From an uncultured delta proteobacterium (GTDB lineage: Bacteria > Myxococcota_A > UBA9160 > SZUA-336): a stretch of 64,000 nucleotides of DNA. The notes beneath the pieces are model-generated. The model saw only the letters and a program-made list of their open reading frames with translations. It ran no database searches and was not told where the DNA came from. Shown here piece after piece: positions 10,068 to 19,001 of the stretch. The DNA lies in the NCBI GenBank assembly GCA_963704165.1, contig CAVPHD010000006.1:96001-160000 (forward strand), read 5' to 3'. Both the position numbers and the translations under genes were made by a program. Each line of letters starts with the position of its first letter. The first letter of the stretch is position 1.

Positions 10068-11272
10068 GAAGCCTGGCCTCGACCGTCGCGATCGTGCTCG
10101 CGCTCACCGGCTATCTCGAGTTCGCCTGGCCGCCCTTCTACGACTTTCCGCCCGAGCAGTCCTTCCGCGGCGAGCACTGGTACCAGCCGTATTCCGGCTA
10201 CGACGGTGGAGGCCTTCTCGCCAACTTCCACGCCCACTCCGATCCGTGGGGTGGGCTGACGTTCGGCGAGGTCTCACGCGAGGAGCTCTTCGCGCTGTAC
10301 GCGGACCGCGGCTACGACCTGGTCGGAGTCAGCGACTACATGAGCATCGCGCCGAAGCTGCCCGGCGACGCGCTCTACCTCTCGGCCTACGAGCACGGTT
10401 ACACGCCCGGACGACACCACCAGACCGTGATCGGCGCCTCGAGCGTCGACTGGTTCGACTACCCGTCCGGCGGAAGCGCACGGCAGAAGCAGCACGTGAT
10501 CGACAGGCTTCGTCCCGAATCGGAATTCCTCGTGCTGAACCACCTCGGCAAGGCCGGTTCGTACTCCAATTCCGACCTCGCGCAAATGACGGACTACGAC
10601 GCGATCGAGGTCGCGAGCAAGTACGGAACCTCGGCCACATTCTGGGATTCTGCGCTCTCCGCGGGGCGCCCGATCTGGGGCATGGCGAGCGACGACGGTC
10701 ACACGCAGCGATCGAGGCCGAGTCACATCGGAATCGGAGCCGTTCGGATTCACGCCGACGAGCGCACGCCGGAGGCCGTGCTGCGCGCGTTGCGTCAGGG
10801 TCGCTTCCATTCGATCTTCACGCGCGAGAACCAGCCCGCGATCGAGCTTCTGCGCTGCGAGATCGAGGACGGCGAATTGGTGGTGAGAGTCGGCGAACGA
10901 GCCGACACGATTCGCTTCGTCTCCGACCGCGGCGAGGTGCGTCGCGAGGAGCGCGGACGGGACGAAGCGCGGTATCGACTGGCGGCGACCGATCCGTACG
11001 TGCGCGTGGAGGTGCACGCGCGCGGTGCTTCGCTCTTCTTGAATCCGGTGCTGCGCTGGGACGGCGTCGCGCTCCCGACGGAACGCGCGCTCCTTCGACC
11101 GCTCCCCACCTGGACCGTGCGCGCGCTCGGCGCTCTGGTGCTCGTGTTCGTCGCAGGACTCAGCGTTCGCTGGGCTCGAGCCGGGAGCGGAAGAGCAGGT
11201 ACTCGGAGTCGCGTTCGAGGATCTCGAGCCGCTCCCTCGCTGGAAACCGCGCGAGGATCGGATCGCTCGTGA
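10064..11272 (+). CDS. Membrane-anchored PHP-domain metallophosphoesterase
   Basis: NFHAHS, SDY, HHQ, NH and SDDGH metal-binding motifs; hydrophobic N- and C-terminal segments; GTGA overlap with helicase. Confidence 0.75.
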   Translation: MRSLASTVAIVLALTGYLEFAWPPFYDFPPEQSFRGEHWYQPYSGYDGGGLLANFHAHSDPWGGLTFGEVSREELFALYADRGYDLVGVSDYMSIAPKLPGDALYLSAYEHGYTPGRHHQTVIGASSVDWFDYPSGGSARQKQHVIDRLRPESEFLVLNHLGKAGSYSNSDLAQMTDYDAIEVASKYGTSATFWDSALSAGRPIWGMASDDGHTQRSRPSHIGIGAVRIHADERTPEAVLRALRQGRFHSIFTRENQPAIELLRCEIEDGELVVRVGERADTIRFVSDRGEVRREERGRDEARYRLAATDPYVRVEVHARGASLFLNPVLRWDGVALPTERALLRPLPTWTVRALGALVLVFVAGLSVRWARAGSGRAGTRSRVRGSRAAPSLETARGSDRS

Positions 11273-12824
11273 TCCCGATCCGCCCACTCGTCGAGCCGAA
11301 GAGCAGCGTCGCCGTCCGCATCCCGTCCGTGGCTCTCGCGTAGTCGGCTCTGCGGTCGGCGTAGAAGCAGACACTCGGCCGGTTTCGCAGCCCGAGCAGG
11401 ACGATCGGCTCGGATTCGGGCACCCGGTCCGCCGCACGCTCTGCGAGCCTGCGAAGCGGCGCTCCGAATCGATCGTCCACGCGCGGCAGGGCGACCTGAA
11501 ACAGAATCACGTAGGTGGCGGTGAATCCGATCGCGAGCATGGCGAAGACCCGCGCGATCTGCCGGGTTCGGAACGCGGCCCACGCCGCCACGGACGCGGC
11601 CACGAGCGCGAGCGCGGTGAGAGCCGGACCTGCGCCGAGCGAGAACGGCTGTGCGAGTCCCGACCTCTCGGACGCGCGCTCCGACAGGAGTCCGGGCAAG
11701 AGCGCCGCCGGAAGCAGCGGCAGCAGCGCGAGCGCAAGCGCGACCAGGAACGAGGTCGCAAGCACCACGCCGAGCGAGATCGCGAAGCCGCGGTCGCTCT
11801 CGCGCTCGTCCGCGCGCGCGAAGAGATCTCCAAGGAGCAACGCGAATCCGGGAAGCGCGGGCGCGAGGTAGTTGGGAAGCTTGGTCGCCGCGATCGAGAA
11901 GAACACGAAGACCAATGCGCTGAAGAGCGCGAACAAGCGCAGGAACGCCGCGGCGTCGTCACGTCCACGCAGCCGTGCGCGCGCGAACGCGAGTGGAAGG
12001 AACGGACTCCACGGGAGCATTCCGACCGCGAGCACCGGAACGTAGAAGAGCACCGAGCCCGAGTGCCCCTGCATCGGCGCGGAGAAGCGACCGACGTGGT
12101 GCTCGAGAAAGAGCTCTCGCATGAAGTCGAAGCCGCCGGGCTGCGTGAGCCCGAGCAGCAGGTACCACGAGAATCCGAGTCCGAGCACGAGGACTCCGGC
12201 GAGCGCAATCCACGTCGGCCGAAACGCCTCGCGCAGACGGCCGAGCGTGAAGAGCTGCACGAGCGCGACCGCGCCCGGCAACAGCGCTCCGATCGCTCCT
12301 TTGGTCAGGATCGCGAGCGCCGAAGCGACGCAAGCCAACGCGAGCCAGCCCAGCCCCCGCGCGGGCGCCCGGAACGCGCGGTCGAGCGCGCCGATGCAGA
12401 TCGTGAACCAGAGCACCAGGAGCCCATCGGTGAAGGCGATCCGGGAGAGCGCGGCGATCTCGAGCGAGGTCGCGAGAGCGAACGCTGCGTACAACGCCGC
12501 GCGCCTCCCGAGCGGACCGCGCGCAAACCCGTACAGCACGAACGGTGTCAGGGCGCCCGCGAGAGCCGTGCCGATCCGAGCACCGAGCTCGCCCACGCCG
12601 AACACGGCGAAGCCGACCGCCTGCACCCAGTAGAGCAGCGGCGGTTTCTCGAAGAACGTCTCGCCGCACAGACGAGGCACGAGCCAGTCGCCGCTCGCCC
12701 ACATCGCGCGCGCGACCTCGGCGTAGGCCGCCTCGTCGTAGTCCACGAGTCCGATCGAGCGCAGTCCGAGAATTCCGAACAGACCGACCAGCCCGAGCGC
12801 GGCGAGCCATCCGACGTCTCTCAT
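11160..12824 (-). CDS. ArnT/PMT-family (GT83-like) membrane glycosyltransferase
   Basis: DEAAYAEVARAM, FEKPPL.YW, LTKG, TKLPNY; many TM helices. Confidence 0.9.
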   Translation of the reverse strand: MRDVGWLAALGLVGLFGILGLRSIGLVDYDEAAYAEVARAMWASGDWLVPRLCGETFFEKPPLLYWVQAVGFAVFGVGELGARIGTALAGALTPFVLYGFARGPLGRRAALYAAFALATSLEIAALSRIAFTDGLLVLWFTICIGALDRAFRAPARGLGWLALACVASALAILTKGAIGALLPGAVALVQLFTLGRLREAFRPTWIALAGVLVLGLGFSWYLLLGLTQPGGFDFMRELFLEHHVGRFSAPMQGHSGSVLFYVPVLAVGMLPWSPFLPLAFARARLRGRDDAAAFLRLFALFSALVFVFFSIAATKLPNYLAPALPGFALLLGDLFARADERESDRGFAISLGVVLATSFLVALALALLPLLPAALLPGLLSERASERSGLAQPFSLGAGPALTALALVAASVAAWAAFRTRQIARVFAMLAIGFTATYVILFQVALPRVDDRFGAPLRRLAERAADRVPESEPIVLLGLRNRPSVCFYADRRADYARATDGMRTATLLFGSTSGRIGITSDPILARFPARERLEILERDSEYLLFRSRLEPSER

Positions 12825-12891
12825 CGCAAGCGCGAACCCCCGGCGTGCGGCGCAGCATAGTCGATCATGTCCGGGTACGCTCCGGATCGCG

Positions 12892-13644
12892 ATGCTGATC
12901 CCGATCCCCGACCTGCTGCGCGCGCGGCGCCTGCTCTGCATTCAGCCCCACTACGACGACAACGACATCGGTGCGGGCGGAACGATTGCGAGACTGTCTC
13001 GAGCCGGCGCGGAGGTGCACTACCTGACGGTGACCGACGACGTCGTGGGCGTGCTCGATCGCGATCTCTCCGACGACGAAGCGCGTGCTCGCCTGCAAGC
13101 CGAGCAGGAGCGCGCCGGACGCGAGCTCGGAGTCGGTGCCCAGCACCGGCTCGGCTATCCGGACGCGGGCGAGTGGAGCGCGTTCACGCTGCGCCGCGAG
13201 GTGGTCCGGCACCTGCGCCTGCTGCGGCCCGACTTCGTGCTGACCGTCGATCCCTGGCTTCCCTATGAAGCCCACCAGGACCACGTGCGCACGGGCCTCG
13301 CGGTCGCGGAGGCCTGCCTGCTCTTCGGCCTGCCTCGATTCGCCAGCGGCGACGAGGCGCTCGACGCCGGATTCGAGCCGTTCCGGCTTCGCGGCCTCGG
13401 CTTCTACTTCAGCGCGGGCGCGAACACCGTCATCGACATCGGCGCGACGCGCGACCGGAAGCACCGCGCGCTCGACGCCTACACCGCACAGTTCACACCG
13501 GAGGGACTCGTGGCGCTGCACTCCGCGCTCGCGCAAAAGGAGCGCGCATGGGCGAGCGGACGGGGCTTCGAGTACGGTGAGGCGTTCAAGGTGCTCGCCC
13601 CCGGCCACCTGCACGTCAACCTCGACGCCGACGAGATGTTCTGA
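12892..13644 (+). CDS. PIG-L/LmbE family deacetylase
   Basis: PHYDD and HQDH zinc motifs. Confidence 0.9.
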   Translation: MLIPIPDLLRARRLLCIQPHYDDNDIGAGGTIARLSRAGAEVHYLTVTDDVVGVLDRDLSDDEARARLQAEQERAGRELGVGAQHRLGYPDAGEWSAFTLRREVVRHLRLLRPDFVLTVDPWLPYEAHQDHVRTGLAVAEACLLFGLPRFASGDEALDAGFEPFRLRGLGFYFSAGANTVIDIGATRDRKHRALDAYTAQFTPEGLVALHSALAQKERAWASGRGFEYGEAFKVLAPGHLHVNLDADEMF

Positions 13645-14825
13645 TGGATCCGATCTACCGCAGCCCGATCAACCGCGACGTGAGGCCCGCGCACGTCGGC
13701 GAGTTCGAGCCGCTTCGGATCGGCGACCTGTCGGTCTGGCCACCCGTCGTGCTCGCGCCGATGGCGGGTGTCACCAACGCGCCGTTTCGCGCGCTGTGCA
13801 GACGCTTCGGCGCGGGCCTGTACGTCTCCGAGATGATCACCGCGCGGGCGTTGGTCGAGGGAAACGAGAAGACGCTGCGGCTCGCCGGATTCAGCCCCGA
13901 GGAGAAGCCGCGCAGCCTGCAGCTCTACGGTGTCGATCCGTACTGGGTCGGCGAGGCGGTGGCCTGGCTCGTCGGCGAGGGACACGTCGATCACATCGAC
14001 ATGAACTTCGGCTGCCCGGTGCGCAAGGTGACACGGCGCGGTGGCGGTGCCGCGCTGCCGGCGAAGCCCCGCCTGCTGCGCAACATCGTGCGGGCGGCCG
14101 TCACGCGCGCGCGCGGCGTGCCGGTGACCTTGAAGTTCCGCATCGGCATCGACGACACGCACACCACGTTTCGCGACACCGGCCGGATCGCGGAGGAGGA
14201 AGGCTGCGCCGCCGTCGCGCTGCACGCGCGCACGGCCGAACAGCACTACGACGGCGACGCGCGCTGGGAGGCGATCGCCGAGCTGAAGTCGCTCGTGCGC
14301 GGAATTCCGGTGCTGGGAAACGGCGACATCTGGGAAGCGGAAGACGCCCTGCGCATGATGCGCACGACCGGCTGCGACGGCGTCGTGGTCGGCCGCGGTT
14401 GTCTCGGGCGACCGTGGCTCTTCCGCGACCTGGCCGACGTCTTCGACGGGCGCGAGCCGCAGAACCCACCGAACCTGGGCACCGTCGCCGACACCCTGTT
14501 GGAACACGCACGCCTGATCGCGAGCTGGTTTGGCGAGTCCTACGGCGTGCGCGGATTCCGCAAGCAGGCGACCTGGTACACGAAGGGCTTCCGCGACAGC
14601 AAGGTCCTGCGCGTGCGGCTCTGCGAGGTCGGCAGCGTGGCCGAACTCGAGGAGATTCTCGGCGGCATCGACCGGGACGAGCCCTTCGCGCCGCTCGCCA
14701 TGCGGGTCCCCCGCGGCAAGAGCGGAGGGGCTCGGCCGGTTGCGCTGCCCGAGGGCTATCTCGACGACCCAGACGACGACTCGCCGCCGGGCGCGGACGC
14801 GGAGGACGCGATCTCGGGCGGCTGA
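13644..14825 (+). CDS. dusB: tRNA-dihydrouridine synthase
   Basis: LAPMAGVT, NFGCP, HART, GNGDI, GRG..GRPW. Confidence 0.95.
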   Translation: MDPIYRSPINRDVRPAHVGEFEPLRIGDLSVWPPVVLAPMAGVTNAPFRALCRRFGAGLYVSEMITARALVEGNEKTLRLAGFSPEEKPRSLQLYGVDPYWVGEAVAWLVGEGHVDHIDMNFGCPVRKVTRRGGGAALPAKPRLLRNIVRAAVTRARGVPVTLKFRIGIDDTHTTFRDTGRIAEEEGCAAVALHARTAEQHYDGDARWEAIAELKSLVRGIPVLGNGDIWEAEDALRMMRTTGCDGVVVGRGCLGRPWLFRDLADVFDGREPQNPPNLGTVADTLLEHARLIASWFGESYGVRGFRKQATWYTKGFRDSKVLRVRLCEVGSVAELEEILGGIDRDEPFAPLAMRVPRGKSGGARPVALPEGYLDDPDDDSPPGADAEDAISGG

Positions 14826-14919
14826 TGCTGCGCGCATCCTGCGCCTCTTCTGCACGCCTGACGCAGTCTTGTGGCCCCTTGGTCAAGGTTCGCCGAGGTG
14901 AAGCCGAATCGAGCGCGAG

Positions 14920-16788
14920 ATGCAGGCACCCGTCGGTCTACCCAGCGGATCCGTGATCGCGGATCGCTACGAGATCGGAAGCGAGCTCGGTCGCGGCGAG
15001 CGCTCGATCGTCTACGCCGCGACGGATCGGACGAGCGGCACGCAGGTCGCGGTCAAGCTGGTGATGCTCGCGCCAGCCACCGCACACTTCGCCCGCGAGC
15101 GTCTGCGACGCGAAGCCGAGCTCGTGCGCGCGCTCTCGCACCCCGGAATCGTGCGCCCGATCGAGATCCTCGATCACGGCACCTGGAGCCTGATCGCGAT
15201 GGAGAGGGTCACGGGTCGCTCGCTCGCGGCCGCGGTCCGGGAGGACGGCCCGCTGCATCCGGATGCCGTCGCGCGTCTGGGCACGGAGCTCGCGGCTGCG
15301 CTCTCCGCCGTGCATCGCTGCGGCGTGGTGCACCGGGACGTGAAGCCCGAGAACATCCTTCTCGACGAAGGCGGCCGTGCGCGCCTGTCCGATTTCGGCT
15401 GTGCCCACCTCGAACGGCAGGCCCTGCTCCTGCAGCCCGAAGATCCCGTGCGCGCGGTGGGATTCCTCCCGCCGGAAGTGATCGAGGGCCAGATGGCCGA
15501 CCCACGCAGCGATGTGTACGCGCTGGGCATGACGCTCTTCTTCGCGCTCGTCGGCTACGTGCCGAAGGGCTCGGAGCCGCAGCTTCCTCCCGACCCGCGG
15601 CCCAACGGGCACCATCCTCGCGAGAAGCGGCCGGACCTGCCGGAGTGGCTCGACGAGATCGTCGCTCGCGCGACCTGCGCCGAGTCCAGCCACCGGCTCG
15701 AGACCGCCTCACGCCTGGCCCGCGCCCTCGCGGAGCGCTCGCTCGAGAGCCGATCCGACGAAACCCAGTCCAGCCAGGCGCTGCGGGTCTGCGTGCTGTG
15801 CCGGCGACCGGGAACGCTCGGACGCGCGGTCTGCCCGCACTGCGAGGACGTCGATGGTGGCAAGCCCGACACGCTCCTGCTCGTCGTGCCGGCGCGCGGA
15901 CGCGAGGGCCGCGCGAATCAGCTGCGGCTGCTCTCGGAGCTGACCAGCATTCCGACCGAAATCCACGCACTGCGCAGCGCGGCACGCGCGCAGCGCGCGC
16001 TGGTGCGGGTGTCGTCGTCGCACGCGGACGTGCTCGTGCGGCGGCTTCGCACCCGCGGGATCGAGTCGCGCGCTCTGCCGCTGGACCGAGCCTGGTCGGC
16101 CCTGCCCCAGTGGAGCCTCTGGCTCGCGCTCGCGACGCTCGGCGCCGGAGCGGCTGCGGGCGCCGCGGGCTTCGTGCCGTTGCTCGGCACCAGCCTGATC
16201 CCGGCATCGGTGGCGCTGTACTCCGGATGGACCTGGATCCAGCGCGAATCGCTGATCGGCGACGGAACCGACGTTCCGCCTCCGGGGGCGCTGGTTCGCG
16301 CGGTCTCCGCGGCGATGCCGCTGCTTCAGGCGGGACAGGCGCGCAAGCTACTGGTCGAGATCCTGCGCCTCGGTCGCGACCTCTGGCTCCGCCTCTGTGC
16401 CGGTGAAGCTTCCGATGGCGCGCGTTCGGAGCTGATCGCGGCGCTCCTGTGTGCCTGCGAATCCGCGACGGAGCTCGCGCGCGAAGACGGCATGCTCGAT
16501 GCGCTTCAGCTCCACGGCGAGCACCGAAACGAGCCGCCGCCCGGACTGATCGAGAGCCGCTCGCTCTACCAGAGCGCGCGCAGTCGGCTGGTACAGGCCA
16601 TTCTGGAGTTCGCGGCTTCGCTCTCGCGCCTTCGCGCCCAGGATCTGGTCGAGCCCGAGGACGAGCGCCGTGCGATTCACGCGATCTGTTTCGAGCTTCG
16701 CGAAGAGCTCGAATCGGTGGTCAAGCTGGCGGACGAGGCGAGCCAGCACTTCCCGGGACGCTCGCGACAGGGCGCGCGGCCGAGCTGA
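14920..16788 (+). CDS. Hanks-type Ser/Thr kinase with Cys4 ribbon, TM segment and helical C-terminal domain
   Basis: VAVK, HRDVKPEN, DFG, PPE, SDVYALG; CVLC..CPHC; hydrophobic stretch after the ribbon. Confidence 0.88.
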   Translation: MQAPVGLPSGSVIADRYEIGSELGRGERSIVYAATDRTSGTQVAVKLVMLAPATAHFARERLRREAELVRALSHPGIVRPIEILDHGTWSLIAMERVTGRSLAAAVREDGPLHPDAVARLGTELAAALSAVHRCGVVHRDVKPENILLDEGGRARLSDFGCAHLERQALLLQPEDPVRAVGFLPPEVIEGQMADPRSDVYALGMTLFFALVGYVPKGSEPQLPPDPRPNGHHPREKRPDLPEWLDEIVARATCAESSHRLETASRLARALAERSLESRSDETQSSQALRVCVLCRRPGTLGRAVCPHCEDVDGGKPDTLLLVVPARGREGRANQLRLLSELTSIPTEIHALRSAARAQRALVRVSSSHADVLVRRLRTRGIESRALPLDRAWSALPQWSLWLALATLGAGAAAGAAGFVPLLGTSLIPASVALYSGWTWIQRESLIGDGTDVPPPGALVRAVSAAMPLLQAGQARKLLVEILRLGRDLWLRLCAGEASDGARSELIAALLCACESATELAREDGMLDALQLHGEHRNEPPPGLIESRSLYQSARSRLVQAILEFAASLSRLRAQDLVEPEDERRAIHAICFELREELESVVKLADEASQHFPGRSRQGARPS

Positions 16789-16796
16789 AACGCAAG

Positions 16797-16825
16797 GCGC
16801 CGGCCCTCTTTGCGAGAGCCGGCGC
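16797..16825. terminator. GC-rich hairpin between convergent kinase and HTH genes
   Basis: GCGCCGGC (16797-16804) pairs with GCCGGCGC (16818-16825); weak T-rich tail on the minus strand. Confidence 0.6.
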
Positions 16826-16847
16826 ACCACGTCCAACCTCGAGTCGC

Positions 16848-17063
16848 TCAGGCGTTCGACGTCGCCTGCGTCTGAAGCTGAGGGCCGTTCGGACCCTCGA
16901 CGATCGTCACGCCCGGAAGATCGTTCGCCGGAATGCGCCACTGCTTGCCGATCCGCACCGCGCCGATCTGGCCGGACTCGATCAGCCGGTAGACCGTGCG
17001 CGCCGAGATGCGCAGGAAGTTGGCCGCCTCGCGAACCGTGATCAAATTCTCCGCCATTCCCAT
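16848..17063 (-). CDS. Excisionase-like/BldC-like HTH_17 DNA-binding protein
   Basis: LITVREAANFLRIS..TVYRLIESGQI.AVRIGKQWRI; strong AGGAGG RBS. Confidence 0.9.
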   Translation of the reverse strand: MGMAENLITVREAANFLRISARTVYRLIESGQIGAVRIGKQWRIPANDLPGVTIVEGPNGPQLQTQATSNA

Positions 17064-17156
17064 GATCCCCCCTCCTAATGGCCCCTTGGGCCCTGTTCAT
17101 GCTTCGCGGGTCGTTTCGCCAGCACCACCGTCCAGTCCCGGCCAACCCCGCCCCAG

Positions 17157-17807
17157 ATGACTTCGTTTCGACACGGCCGCCAACTCCTTGAGGGAAATCT
17201 TTGCGAGGTCCGGTCGCGGCTGGCATCTACAGGCCACGTGAATCGCGAATACTTCACGAGCTATTGCGGACGTGCCCCGTATGAGCAGATCTGGCTCGAG
17301 CACAGCGGCGCGGAGAACTGCGTAGCCACGTTGCGCCGCATGCGCGCTCCGGTCGGCTCGCTGCTCGTGCTCGGAGCGGCGACGGGGCAGGTTCTCACCC
17401 ACCTCGAGCGCGCGTTCGGAGTTCGCGCGCACGGCTGCGAAATCAGCGCCTGGGCGCACGCGCGCATTCCCCTGCGACAGCGCCGCCGGATCGAGCGCTC
17501 CGACCTTCGTCACTACCTGCCGCGGCTCGCGCGACGTCGGCGCCGGTTCGACCTGATCTTCTGCAATGCGCTCGTCTACCTGACCCCGCGCGATCTGCCG
17601 GACGTGCTCCGGGCCGCGAGCAGGGTCGGCGATTTCTTCCACTTCTACAGCAGCACCAGCGAGGACCACGAGCCCGGAGACCGCCATCGCGCGACGCTCC
17701 GGCCGCGCGCCTGGTGGCGCGAGAAGTTCGTCGCTGCGGGCTGGAAGCCCACCCGCAGCCGCTACCTGTGGCGCAGCGTGCAACCGGAAAGGGAATCGCT
17801 TCGGTGA
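17157..17807 (+). CDS. Class I SAM-dependent methyltransferase-like protein
   Basis: LVLGAATG motif-I variant, GCEIS, FDLIF; start uncertain. Confidence 0.7.
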   Translation: MTSFRHGRQLLEGNLCEVRSRLASTGHVNREYFTSYCGRAPYEQIWLEHSGAENCVATLRRMRAPVGSLLVLGAATGQVLTHLERAFGVRAHGCEISAWAHARIPLRQRRRIERSDLRHYLPRLARRRRRFDLIFCNALVYLTPRDLPDVLRAASRVGDFFHFYSSTSEDHEPGDRHRATLRPRAWWREKFVAAGWKPTRSRYLWRSVQPERESLR

Positions 17808-18532
17808 CGGAAGCGCGCCCGGACGCACGCGGCCGAACGCTTCGCCGGTGGGCGATCGCGGCCGCGGTGCTCGCCGCCGTGGCGATCGGCACGAGCACCG
17901 GGGTCGGAAACACGGTGACGACGGGCGTGCAGTCGTTCCTCGGCTGGGTACCGACGCTCGGGCCGTGGGGACCGGTCGCGTTCATGGCCGGCTACGTGCT
18001 CGCGACCGTCGCGTTCGTACCCGGGTCGGTGCTCACGCTCGCGGCGGGAGCGATCTTCGGCCTGGCTTCGGGAACGCTCTACGTCTTCGTGGCCGCGAGC
18101 CTCGGCGCCTGCGCGGCCTTCGCGCTCGCGCGAACCGTCGCACGCGGCGCGATCGAAAGACGACTCGAAGGCAATGCACGCTTCATCGCGATCGATCGCG
18201 CGATCGCGGCCGAGGGTCGGAAGATCGTCTTCCTGCTTCGGCTGTCCCCGATCTTCCCGTTCAGCCTGCTGAACTACGCGCTCGGGCTCACGCGCGTGCG
18301 CTTCCGCGACTACGCGCTCGCGTGTCTCGGCATGCTGCCGGGGACCCTCCTCTACGTGTACCTGGGCGCTCTCGCCGGAGATGCCGCGGGCCGTGGGGGC
18401 GGCGAGCCGACCCTGCTGGAGTGGACCTTCAAGGCGCTCGGGCTCGTCGTGACGCTCGTCGTCACGTTCGTCATCACGCGCACGGCGCGGCTCGCGCTGC
18501 GCGAAGTCACGGACGAGACGCCCGACGACTGA
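17804..18532 (+). CDS. TVP38/TMEM64 (DedA superfamily) membrane protein
   Basis: VPGS.LTLAAGAIFG, LLRLSPIFPFSLLNYALG, GMLPGT. Confidence 0.93.
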   Translation: MTEARPDARGRTLRRWAIAAAVLAAVAIGTSTGVGNTVTTGVQSFLGWVPTLGPWGPVAFMAGYVLATVAFVPGSVLTLAAGAIFGLASGTLYVFVAASLGACAAFALARTVARGAIERRLEGNARFIAIDRAIAAEGRKIVFLLRLSPIFPFSLLNYALGLTRVRFRDYALACLGMLPGTLLYVYLGALAGDAAGRGGGEPTLLEWTFKALGLVVTLVVTFVITRTARLALREVTDETPDD

Positions 18533-18628
18533 GGAAATCCGCGCCACATCCCGGGAAGAACCTCATCCGCTTCTGCGCGATACTTGCACGTCTGCGCACT
18601 GGCGACGTCCGGGCGAGGCTTTCGCGAC

Positions 18629-18644
18629 GGGCGCGCGCCTTGCA
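18629..18644 (+). promoter_or_regulatory. Possible sigma54 promoter
   Basis: GGGCGCGCGCCTTGCA with GG-N10-GC spacing, ~35 nt before the 18678 ORF. Confidence 0.4.
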
Positions 18645-18677
18645 GATCCCACTCGACCGACCTTCTCGGGAGATGCC

Positions 18678-18989
18678 ATGAACGGGCCCACCCCCCGCCA
18701 ACAAGCTGGCTATCTGCGGCGTCTCCTGCGCCGCGGCGAGGTCGTCGTGCGCGACCTCCGAACCGGGCGCGCGCTGCCCGTCATCGTCGAGCTGCACGGC
18801 GAGGTGATCCAGCTCGTGCCGATCGCCGAGGCCTCGGACACGGACAGCGCCTCGCCCCAGGACACCCTGCGCTGGGCGGGAGTCCTCTCCCGGCTGCGGC
18901 GCGCGCTCGCACTCGAGGACGCCGAGGATCTCGCGGACGCCGTCGAAGCCGAAGCCAGCCGCAAGTCGCCCGACGACGCCGACGCCTGA
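18678..18989 (+). CDS. Hypothetical protein, 103 aa
   Basis: GGGAGA RBS; fills the intergenic gap; GC-rich third positions; no recognisable family. Confidence 0.65.
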   Translation: MNGPTPRQQAGYLRRLLRRGEVVVRDLRTGRALPVIVELHGEVIQLVPIAEASDTDSASPQDTLRWAGVLSRLRRALALEDAEDLADAVEAEASRKSPDDADA

Positions 18990-19001
18990 ATCCCGGGCCT
19001 T

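Noticed and set aside
16848..17063. Prophage or integrative element implied by the excisionase-like gene
   Set aside because: No integrase, phage, conjugation or tRNA target gene nearby; stand-alone HTH_17 regulators are common
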